NCBI GenBank assembly: GCA_034658755.1
Contig: JAYEFV010000147.1
Location: forward strand, 1 to 44,115
Reading direction: 5' to 3'
DNA from: Thermodesulfobacteriota bacterium
GTDB taxonomy: Bacteria; Desulfobacterota; Desulfobacteria; Desulfobacterales; UBA11574
DNA: 44,115 nt
The notes beneath the pieces were generated by a model, which saw only the letters and a program-made list of their open reading frames with translations, was not told the origin of the DNA and searched no databases. This document shows positions 36,593 to 44,115 of the stretch, piece by piece. Each line of letters starts with the position of its first letter. The stretch's first letter is position 1. A program made the position numbers and the translations under genes.

Positions 36593-37225
36593 TTATCCGA
36601 ATTCTTTTCGAAAGGCTTGGATCTCTTTTAATAGTTCAGGGGCTACTTCATAACCGAGTTCAACCGCTTTATCCACATGTTTTATTGCCAGATCATATTT
36701 CTCCTTTTCGAGATAGACAATGGCCAGATTGTTGTGGGCGATTGCAAAGGCCGGCTCCAGTTCCAAAGCCTTGAGGTTGGTTTCGATACTTTCATCAATC
36801 AATCCTTTCATTAAGTAAGCATTTGCCAGTGTGGCATACGCCTGCAAGAAGTTGGGATTCCATCGTATGGCCTTTTGCAGCGACCGGATGGCGTCGTCAA
36901 TTTCACCTTTTTGCAGATGCACAAATCCGATGTTGCCGTGGCCTTCGGAAAATCCTGCCCGAACCTTAATGGCCTGCTGGTTGTATGCCATACAGCCGTC
37001 AAGATCATCGCGTTGCAGGCAGAGTCCTCCGAGTTGTACATATGCTTCAGCCAGGTTCGGGCTGCAATGGATGGTTGCAATCAGCTCTTTTTCAGCTTCG
37101 TCGTATTTTTGCAGCCCCAGGAGAGCGACGGCAAGATTATAACGGGATACTCCGCAATCCGGATTTCCGGCGATGGCAACCCGCTGGCGAGCGATATATT
37201 CTTCAACGTTGTTTGCTTTTGTCAT
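36593..37225 (-). CDS. Tetratricopeptide-repeat protein
   Basis: 210 aa with five or six TPR units (...AEAYVQLGGLCLQRDDLDGCMAYNQQAIKV..., ...AIAHNNLAIVYLEKEKYDLAIKHVDKAVEL...). Confidence 0.85.
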   Translation of the reverse strand: MTKANNVEEYIARQRVAIAGNPDCGVSRYNLAVALLGLQKYDEAEKELIATIHCSPNLAEAYVQLGGLCLQRDDLDGCMAYNQQAIKVRAGFSEGHGNIGFVHLQKGEIDDAIRSLQKAIRWNPNFLQAYATLANAYLMKGLIDESIETNLKALELEPAFAIAHNNLAIVYLEKEKYDLAIKHVDKAVELGYEVAPELLKEIQAFRKEFG

Positions 37226-37239
37226 GATTTATCCTTTAA

Positions 37240-37370
37240 CAGTCTCGTAAAAAGTCAAAAAACATCATTTTTTGTCATTCCGGCGAAAGCCGGAATCCAG
37301 TGTTTTCAAAAAGTTATGACTGACCTGGACCCCGGCTTTCGCCGGGGTGACGACTTTTTACGAGGCCGTA
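37240..37370. mobile_element. Family-A MITE with a 9-bp target-site duplication
   Basis: The TIRs are CTCGTAAAAAGTC and GACTTTTTACGAG. It is flanked by identical ATCCTTTAA at 37231-37239 and 37371-37379. It has no coding capacity. Confidence 0.75.
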
Positions 37371-37625
37371 ATCCTTTAAACAGGTTCTATTTTTTATGTT
37401 ACACCGGCTGATGAAAACCGCTCGATAATTATAAGATTTAAAACAATTCAGTTGTGGGGTTAGTATGTCAGCAATTTTGGGTTGTCAAGAAAAAAACAGG
37501 TGGAAACCGGTCACAAGACTATTGACAGGTCATAACCATTATAATATAAAGACCGATCTTAATTGTGTGTTTAAAAAAAGAGGACTTTTTATTAATATTT
37601 AAAAATTTATCAACAGGAGGTACTC

Positions 37626-37958
37626 ATGGCAGATTTTTATATTAATGTTTTTTTGGATGACGAGAAAACCAAAAAGATTGAAGATGCGGGTTTGGCCGAC
37701 CAGATTACTGAAATAGAGGGTAAAAAGGCAATCCAGGTGGATATGACCAAAAAGGAAAAAAAGAAACTCGTTAAAGGCTTTACGGATTTAACCTTCGATG
37801 ATACAAATGCATGTGTTCTTCCGGAAGACGGCGAGAAGATTTTGCTGGATGTTCTCTCGCAAACGCAGACGATTGACTGTATGAAGGTGGCAATTATAAA
37901 ACTTTATAATCCGCTTGCCGGACGGAGTATATCCGGAAGAGGCTCATCGGGCCGATAG
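37626..37958 (+). CDS. Hypothetical protein
   Basis: 110-aa ORF with a strong SD (CAGGAGG, 6 nt spacer). I recognise no motif. Confidence 0.5.
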   Translation: MADFYINVFLDDEKTKKIEDAGLADQITEIEGKKAIQVDMTKKEKKKLVKGFTDLTFDDTNACVLPEDGEKILLDVLSQTQTIDCMKVAIIKLYNPLAGRSISGRGSSGR

Positions 37959-37985
37959 TATTACCCTGGCATAACGCACTATAAT

Positions 37986-38072
37986 CGAGACCCTTGAAAG
38001 CATTCTATTTTGTTACCGGTATTCGAATTTGAGGAAAAATCCGTTCAAAACAGATGTTTTTCAAGGGTCTCG
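37986..38072. repeat. 87-bp element with perfect 14-bp terminal inverted repeats CGAGACCCTTGAAA / TTTCAAGGGTCTCG
   Basis: The arms lie at 37986-37999 and 38059-38072. Confidence 0.8.
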
Positions 38073-38277
38073 TACACATCACATTTTTAATTCCTTCTTT
38101 GGTTTCCCGTTGTAACATCGACCTTGAGCCTCACCATCCTTTTTTGAAAAATTTCGGGTTGGCTTATTAAGCTGTTTCCAAAGATCGCCTAGTTTTCCCT
38201 TGACATAACCTCTCACTTTATTTAATTTTTCTAAATAAATCAGTATGAATTATACGATGTTTTTAATGGCAACAACA

Positions 38278-38459
38278 CGAGACCTTTGAAAAATGTTCAC
38301 TTTTGCCTGCCCAGTTAAATCCGTATTTAATATTTAACCGGGGTTCAAGGCCAAGGAAGGCGAAAATTTTAACCACAGGAATACATTGAGTATTTTGAGG
38401 ATTAAAATTTGAGCCTGACGCTGGAATTGGGCAAAAGGGGGCGTTTTACAAAGGTCTCG
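38278..38459. repeat. 182-bp element with inverted termini CGAGACCTTTGAAAA / TTTTACAAAGGTCTCG enclosing a partial copy of the 133-bp repeat
   Basis: The arms lie at 38278-38292 and 38444-38459. Internal 38297-38345 is the reverse complement of the ...CCCCGGTTAAAT...ATTTAACTGGGCAGGC core. Confidence 0.7.
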
Positions 38460-38487
38460 CAACACTTTCTGCTAAAAGGGGGGTCTT

Positions 38488-39522
38488 ATGCTCGCAGGAT
38501 GTTTTACGGCAATTGTTACACCATTTAAAAATGATACCGTCGACTATGAAGGTCTTGGAAAGCTGTCGGAATTCCAGATAAAAAACGGAATAACCGGGAT
38601 ATTGGCTGTAGGGACTACAGGGGAGAGTCCTGTTTTGAGCTGGGATGAACATAATCGGGTTATTGAGATGGTTGCGGAAAAGTCAAAGGATAAATGTATC
38701 TGCATTGCAGGTGCAGGGAGTAACAACACAAAAGAGTCGCTGGAAGGAACAAAGCATGCGGTTGCTGTAGGTGCTGATGCGGTTTTGCTGGTAGATCCTT
38801 ACTATAACGGGCCCAGTTCCCTTGAAATACGCCGGGAATACATCGCCCCTGTTGCCGAAGCGGCTCCTGATATTGAGATTATTCCTTATGTGATCCCCGG
38901 CAGAACCGGTGCGCAGCTTTTGCCCGAGGATCTTGCCATCCTTAACCAGACGTATAAAAATGTTAATACGGTTAAAGAGGCCACGGCTAATCTTGAAAAT
39001 ATGCGCAGCACAAGAAAATGCTGCGGCCCTGATTTTACCATACTTTCCGGCGATGATGGGATGACTTTTGAAATGATGCTCAATCCTGAGATCAAGGCGT
39101 CCGGCGTTATTTCGGTTACGTCAAATGTTGCTCCCGGTCCCATCACTAAAATGGTTCGACTGCTCGAACAGGGTGAATCGCAAGACGCCCAAAAGCTATT
39201 GACGGCGCTCGAACCCCTTTTTGGCCTGGTTACGGTTAAGACCATGGAAAAGACACCCTATGGAGAGGTAGGATGCCGGGCCAGAAACCCGCTGGGCTTC
39301 AAAACGTTGATGTCGATTCTGGGAATGCCCTCCGGCGGGTGCAGACAACCTCTTGGAAAAATGACGCGAAACGGACTTGAAACGGTTCTTTCGGCCGCGC
39401 GCAAAGTACAGGCCGACAATCCTGAAATATTAGAACCGGTCGCCGAATTTTTCAATGTCGATATTGAACAGCGTTTGAACAATCCTTCGAGTTGGGACGG
39501 CCTTTTTTACGAGGAATATTGA
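38488..39522 (+). CDS. dapA: Dihydrodipicolinate synthase family protein (DapA-like, long form)
   Basis: FTAIVTPFKND...GILAVGTTGESPVLS...VNTVKEATAN carries the Schiff-base Lys context. At 344 aa it is ~50 aa longer than the usual DapA. Confidence 0.7.
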   Translation: MLAGCFTAIVTPFKNDTVDYEGLGKLSEFQIKNGITGILAVGTTGESPVLSWDEHNRVIEMVAEKSKDKCICIAGAGSNNTKESLEGTKHAVAVGADAVLLVDPYYNGPSSLEIRREYIAPVAEAAPDIEIIPYVIPGRTGAQLLPEDLAILNQTYKNVNTVKEATANLENMRSTRKCCGPDFTILSGDDGMTFEMMLNPEIKASGVISVTSNVAPGPITKMVRLLEQGESQDAQKLLTALEPLFGLVTVKTMEKTPYGEVGCRARNPLGFKTLMSILGMPSGGCRQPLGKMTRNGLETVLSAARKVQADNPEILEPVAEFFNVDIEQRLNNPSSWDGLFYEEY

Positions 39523-39525
39523 TGG

Positions 39526-39695
39526 AACCTAACCCGTACAAGCCGGAACCAAAAAAGATCGGTTTTATTTTTACCACGAAGATCACGAAGAAAAAGAAGA
39601 ATAAAATATATAACCTTCGTGATCTTCGTGTACTTCGTGGTGTGATCAAACTTTTTTTGCCACAAAATGCACAAAATTCAACTTTAATGAACTAA
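39526..39695. repeat. Family-F repeat, copy 2 (inverted relative to 26642-26804)
   Basis: High identity to the reverse complement of copy 1. It starts 4 nt after the dapA-like stop. Confidence 0.85.
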
Positions 39696-39751
39696 TTTAA
39701 TTTCGGATACCGGCTGTTTGACGTGTCGGTTTCCGGCATCAAGATTTTTCT

Positions 39752-40132
39752 TCAATCAGTCGCACTTTCCTTGGGCTTAAAACTTCCTTCTTTATAAAGA
39801 ACGTCTTTAAACCATTTAAGACCAAATTCCAGCAGAGCTATCTCATCTTCCCTGAGCTTTTCAACGGTTGCAGGGTCGATATTATACCGATTCAAAAATG
39901 AGCTTTCAAAAACAAACTGTTTGAACTTATCGATATTGTAACTGACTAAAAAAAACATCTTCTTACTCTCTTCAATAAGCTTGAGATTCGGGGGAAAAGA
40001 TCTTTTCCTAACAACAAGATCGGTCCAGCCGGCATTAATTTCATCATGGATATCAACGCCCTGATCTTTCCGCCATTCACGGACAGTCCATTTCTTTTTT
40101 TCTTCAAAGCCCAGGCAGTGCGGTTCATGCAC
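39752..40132 (-). CDS. Hypothetical protein
   Basis: 126-aa ORF with no recognisable motif. Confidence 0.45.
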   Translation of the reverse strand: MHEPHCLGFEEKKKWTVREWRKDQGVDIHDEINAGWTDLVVRKRSFPPNLKLIEESKKMFFLVSYNIDKFKQFVFESSFLNRYNIDPATVEKLREDEIALLEFGLKWFKDVLYKEGSFKPKESATD

Positions 40133-40262
40133 AAAAAAATAGAGGCTTTTGTTCAGCGAAACACTCGTGACAAAAACTTTGGTCTTGATTTCAATTGTAA
40201 AGATGCTATAGATTTTGAGACAAATTTTATTGGTAAAATATTATTAATCTTGGAGGTTTTTA

Positions 40263-40706
40263 ATGGACAAACTGACCGGTTTTGAATTTAAACCCGGACG
40301 TCGCTTTATAGGGCGTCTTCCTCATGGTAAAGATTTGATTACATCTATCGAAGATTTTTGTAAAGCGTCGTCAATTCAGATGGCTACATTTTCTGTTATC
40401 GGTGCAGTATCTTTTGCGACTCTGGGGGCATATGATCAAAAACAACAGGTTTATGCAACATTCACACAAGAAGAACCTCTTGAAATAGTAGCCTGCACCG
40501 GCAATGTTTCATTGCTGGATGAAAACCCGGTCGTACATGCCCATATTGTTCTGGGAGATGTAGAGGGAAAAACCATAGGCGGACACCTTTTCCCGGAAAC
40601 CATACTTTTTGCCGGAGAAATTGATCTTCAGGAATTAACCGGCAAACCCCTAAGGAGGGCTTACGACGATACAACAGGACTTATGCTGTGGAAACTATCG
40701 GACTGA
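40263..40706 (+). CDS. PPC (DUF296) domain protein
   Basis: GRLPHGKDLITSIEDFCKASSIQMATFSVIGAV...HAHIVLGDVEGKTIGGHL is the typical PPC/DUF296 pattern. Confidence 0.7.
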   Translation: MDKLTGFEFKPGRRFIGRLPHGKDLITSIEDFCKASSIQMATFSVIGAVSFATLGAYDQKQQVYATFTQEEPLEIVACTGNVSLLDENPVVHAHIVLGDVEGKTIGGHLFPETILFAGEIDLQELTGKPLRRAYDDTTGLMLWKLSD

Positions 40707-40733
40707 AATTTTAAAATCTTCGAGGAGGCTGAA

Positions 40734-41795
40734 ATGCGACTGACTGTTAAAAAAGCTAATCAATTAAAAACAAAACCTGATGATTCCAAACTCGGCTTCG
40801 GCAGTATTTTTACGGATCACATGTTTAACATGGATTACAATCCGCAAGATGGGTGGCATAATCCACGTATAGAGCCTTACGCATCCATGGATATGGATCC
40901 GGCAACCATGGTGCTTCATTATGGTCAAGGCGTTTTCGAAGGGCTCAAGGCTTTCAGGACGGATTCAGGAGATATTCAGCTTTTCCGACCCAGTGATAAT
41001 TTTAAACGGTTGAACAACTCTTCGCGTCTCCTCTGCATCCCGGAGATTGACGAGGTTTTTGCCCTGGATGCCCTTAAGCAGTTGCTGGTCATTGAAAAAG
41101 ACTGGGTGCCGTCTACTCCGGGAACCTCTCTTTACATACGCCCCACCATAATAGCCACGGATCCCTTTTTAGGTGTTCGCGCTTCCTATACCTACCGTTA
41201 TTTTATTATTCTTTCTCCGGTGGGCGCTTATTATGCCGAAGGCTTTAATCCTGTCAAGATATGGGTAACCCGCAACCATGTCCGGGCGGTACGGGGCGGA
41301 GTGGGTGAAGCCAAAACGCCGGGCAATTATGCAGCAAGTCTATATGCCGGCGAACAGGCTCATCAACACGGTTATACTCAGGTATTGTGGCTTGACGGGA
41401 TTGAGCAGAAATACATTGAAGAAGTTGGAGCCATGAATATATTTTTTGTTATAAACGGCGAACTGATCACGCCCATGTTAACCGGAAGCATCCTTCCCGG
41501 CATTACCAGAAACAGTATAATTGCCATTGCAAAAAAATGGGATATCAAAGTTACAGAACGCAAAATCAGCATAGATGAAGTGTTGGATGTCCATAAATCA
41601 GGAAAACTCGAAGAAATTTTCGGATCCGGAACCGCGGCGGTTATTTCCCCTGTCGGAGAAATCAAATACGGCGACACCGTAATAACCGTGGGTAACGGAA
41701 CCGTCGGTCCCATGGCCAACAAGTTCTACAAAACGATTTCAGATATTCAATACGGCAATATTAAAGATTTATCAGGATGGATAGAAAGGTTATAA
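40734..41795 (+). CDS. ilvE: Branched-chain amino acid aminotransferase
   Basis: 353 aa, with FEGLKAFR, YIRP, GVGEAKTPGNYAAS, EVGAMNIFFV and LPGITR motifs of class IV aminotransferases. Confidence 0.9.
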   Translation: MRLTVKKANQLKTKPDDSKLGFGSIFTDHMFNMDYNPQDGWHNPRIEPYASMDMDPATMVLHYGQGVFEGLKAFRTDSGDIQLFRPSDNFKRLNNSSRLLCIPEIDEVFALDALKQLLVIEKDWVPSTPGTSLYIRPTIIATDPFLGVRASYTYRYFIILSPVGAYYAEGFNPVKIWVTRNHVRAVRGGVGEAKTPGNYAASLYAGEQAHQHGYTQVLWLDGIEQKYIEEVGAMNIFFVINGELITPMLTGSILPGITRNSIIAIAKKWDIKVTERKISIDEVLDVHKSGKLEEIFGSGTAAVISPVGEIKYGDTVITVGNGTVGPMANKFYKTISDIQYGNIKDLSGWIERL

Positions 41796-41807
41796 GCAAA
41801 ATAGCAT

Positions 41808-43205
41808 ATGCCGGAAAATCCAGATAAAACAAAATATCTTCCATCCTTTGTTTCAAAGATGGAACGTGCGCAACTCCACCCTCTGGTTATTGATACGTTT
41901 ACGTATTACTATAAAAAGGTCCTTTCCGGAGCAACCGGCCTTATCTCTGATAAAGACATAAAACCCGTTGCTCCGGATGAAATTGAAGATGCAACCCGTA
42001 TTAAAGAATATACCGAATCCGGGCGAAAAGCATTACGCCATGCGGTTATAATCAAGCTGAACGGCGGTCTTGGTACCAGCATGGGCCTTACCAAAGCCAA
42101 ATCTCTTTTAAAGGTAAAAAACAAAAAAACATTTCTTGCAATAATAGTAAAGCAGGCGGAAAGGTGCCGGGTAAAGCTGGCCCTTATGAACAGTTTCAGC
42201 ACACATGAAGACACAATTGACGCCCTCTCAATGATCAAGCCGTCAGATTCCCCACTTTTATTTATTCAGAATAAGTTCCCAAAAATCCTTCAGGAAGATC
42301 TTGCCCCTGCGACCTGGCCCCAGAATCCGGACCTGGAATGGAATCCCCCGGGACACGGTGATATATACTCAGCAATTTATACATCCGGCGTGTTACAATG
42401 CCTTCTGAACACAGGTATAGAGTATGCCTTTATTTCCAACTCGGATAACCTGGGCGCTAACATGGATGAATCGCTCCTGGGGTATTTTTCTGAGAACAGA
42501 CTCCCTTTTATGATGGAAGTGGTTCCGAGAACACCGTCAGACGTAAAAGGGGGACATATTGCCAGACATATAAACGGCCGTCTGATTTTGCGTGAGTCTG
42601 CCCAGTGCCCGCAAGATGAAATGGATGCGTTCAAAGATATAAAACGTTACCGGTTTTTCAACACAAATAATATATGGATAAATCTTAAAGCTCTTGAAGA
42701 GCTTATTAAAAAACATAATACCATAGACCTTCCGATAATCAAAAACCAGAAAACGCTTGATCCGAGAAATGAAAACACTCCAAAAGTATTTCAGGTCGAA
42801 ACAGCCATGGGAGCCGCCATATCTCTTTTTGAAGGTGCTGCTGCAATACGGGTTCCCACATCCCGTTTTTTTCCTGTAAAAAAATGTAACGATCTTCTGG
42901 CCATAAGATCCGACCGCTTTGTTTTTTCAAAAAAAGACAATCTGATTTTAAATCCCGGGATAGGGTCACGGACCATAACCATAGCCCTTGATCCGAAATA
43001 TTACGGCAAGATAGATCTTTTTGATGAAAGATTTGCTGAAGGAATTCCATCCCTGATCGATTGTGACTCTCTTACTATTGAGGGTGATGTACGTTTTGAA
43101 AAAAACGTGGCCATAAAGGGGAAAGTTGTAATAAAAAACAGCGGCAAATCACAGATGGTTATCAAAAAAGGATCAGTAATAGATAAAAATGTGAACTCAA
43201 GTTAA
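41808..43205 (+). CDS. UTP--glucose-1-phosphate uridylyltransferase (UDPGP family)
   Basis: KLNGGLGTSMGL, NPPGHGD and NSDNLGA are typical of the eukaryote-like UDPGP family. The product is 465 aa. Confidence 0.85.
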   Translation: MPENPDKTKYLPSFVSKMERAQLHPLVIDTFTYYYKKVLSGATGLISDKDIKPVAPDEIEDATRIKEYTESGRKALRHAVIIKLNGGLGTSMGLTKAKSLLKVKNKKTFLAIIVKQAERCRVKLALMNSFSTHEDTIDALSMIKPSDSPLLFIQNKFPKILQEDLAPATWPQNPDLEWNPPGHGDIYSAIYTSGVLQCLLNTGIEYAFISNSDNLGANMDESLLGYFSENRLPFMMEVVPRTPSDVKGGHIARHINGRLILRESAQCPQDEMDAFKDIKRYRFFNTNNIWINLKALEELIKKHNTIDLPIIKNQKTLDPRNENTPKVFQVETAMGAAISLFEGAAAIRVPTSRFFPVKKCNDLLAIRSDRFVFSKKDNLILNPGIGSRTITIALDPKYYGKIDLFDERFAEGIPSLIDCDSLTIEGDVRFEKNVAIKGKVVIKNSGKSQMVIKKGSVIDKNVNSS

Positions 43206-43244
43206 TTCCCAAAATATTTTTATTTATAGGCGCTAACTGAGCGG

Positions 43245-43847
43245 CTATCCCTTTTTTAAAATAGAATAATATTTCATAACTTTTTCTACAAAATTTTCCG
43301 TCTCCTTAAAGGGAGGAATTCGTTTATAACGATCAACCGTATTGGGCCCGGCATTATAGGCGGCCAATGCCATCGGCAGTTTCCCGTCAAAGCGTCTGAT
43401 GAGCTGTTTTAAATAACGCGTACCTCCCATTATATTTTCCAACGGATCAAAGGGATCTTTTATATTCAGAGCCCTGATATTTTCAGGCATAATTTGCATA
43501 AGACCTTTTGCACCGGCACTTGAAATCGCTCGGGGATTAAAATCCGACTCGATTTTAATCAGCGCTTTGAGCAATGAAAATGAAACCCCATGCTTTTTAG
43601 ATGCTTCTGTTATCAGGTCATCATACCGGTCGGTGACGCCTGAATTCAAAGACATGGGCGGCTTTTCCCTGATATAGATTTTATAATTGGATGACGTGGG
43701 CACGTTGGTAAAATGAAGCACCCCTTGGCTGTCGATATAGACATATATATCAGCATAAACAGGGGCAGCAACTGTAAATGCGACGAAAGCCGAACAAAAG
43801 ATTACTATAAAAAGTTTAATAATATAACGGGTCATAATTTGATACAA
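43245..43847 (-). CDS. Lytic transglycosylase (SLT domain) with DUF4124-like N-terminus
   Basis: It has a signal/TM segment and YVYIDSQGVLHFTNVP. The catalytic region is IESDFNPRAISSAGAKGLMQIMP...AYNAGP. Confidence 0.85.
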   Translation of the reverse strand: MYQIMTRYIIKLFIVIFCSAFVAFTVAAPVYADIYVYIDSQGVLHFTNVPTSSNYKIYIREKPPMSLNSGVTDRYDDLITEASKKHGVSFSLLKALIKIESDFNPRAISSAGAKGLMQIMPENIRALNIKDPFDPLENIMGGTRYLKQLIRRFDGKLPMALAAYNAGPNTVDRYKRIPPFKETENFVEKVMKYYSILKKG

Positions 43848-43871
43848 AATATACAGCCCAATACCCGGTGG

Positions 43872-44115
43872 ATGTGGCTTTGCTCACGAGTTTTTATCAT
43901 ATTATTATTTTTTGGGCTCGCTTCATGCGGGAATGATATAAGCAAAAATACCCGGGATTCGCTAGCCGATTCTGTTATTTCCTCTATAGATAGCATGGAA
44001 AAATTAAATAAAATCATCGAAACATCAGGAGATCGTCTCCTGATATTTGATTTTTACGCCGACTGGTGTCCTCCCTGTAAAGAGCTTGAAACCGTCCTTG
44101 AGAAAATCGCTAAAG
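43872..44115 (+). CDS. Thioredoxin-family lipoprotein (3-prime partial, runs off the window)
   Basis: It is not in the ORF track. ATG 43872 gives MWLCSRVFIILLFFGLASCG (lipobox LASC) ...LLIFDFYADWCPPCKELETVLEKIAK, which carries a WCPPC redox motif. Confidence 0.7.
   Translation, partial: MWLCSRVFIILLFFGLASCGNDISKNTRDSLADSVISSIDSMEKLNKIIETSGDRLLIFDFYADWCPPCKELETVLEKIAK

Noticed and set aside
36875-37411. 178-aa plus-strand ORF
   Set aside because: It is antisense to the TPR gene and runs through the family-A MITE. It is not a plausible gene.

Overview
This 44.1-kb window looks like the chromosome of a sulfate-reducing Desulfobacterota (Desulfobacteraceae-like) organism; that placement is inferred from the dsrA-dsrB-dsrD-dsrN cluster and a c3-type cytochrome. 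Core genes are moaB, pyrR, mobA and a moaE-like gene (124-2495), then ecsC, moaC, mltA, tatA/tatC, a tetrahaem cytochrome, and dsrABD-dsrN (30608-34888, minus strand). They continue with a TPR plus kinase-like pair, a dapA-like gene, a PPC-domain protein, ilvE, a UDPGP-family uridylyltransferase, an SLT transglycosylase and a partial thioredoxin lipoprotein. Between the moaE-like gene (ends 2495) and ecsC (starts 24869) sits a ~22-kb accessory island. Its genes are all on the plus strand, it is visibly AT-richer, and it splits the Moco gene set. The island holds intact toxin-antitoxin style pairs (MNT-HEPN, an XRE antitoxin, a second nucleotidyltransferase) and an ORF6N cassette. It also holds many decayed defence genes: ImmA, a RelE/HigB-like stub, AlbA_2, a PLD-like stub, frameshifted radC, an hsdM::DUF1016 chimera, a doubly disrupted IS110 transposase and a Mod stub. 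The most interesting part is a tightly translationally coupled four-gene operon (13255-22580). It encodes a type IIG-like gamma-class N6A methyltransferase, a stand-alone ComEC-type MBL-fold hydrolase, a beta-class type III-like Mod and a Res helicase-nuclease. Upstream of it lies a MerR-like regulator, an orphan TaqI-type TRD and a SEC-C protein (10755-12959). I cannot place this combination in a named defence family from memory. The window also carries at least five families of short MITE/REP-like repeats that sit exactly at gene boundaries; one has a clean 9-bp target-site duplication. I found no rRNA, tRNA or CRISPR array. All functional calls rest on motif recognition by eye, because no database search was possible.
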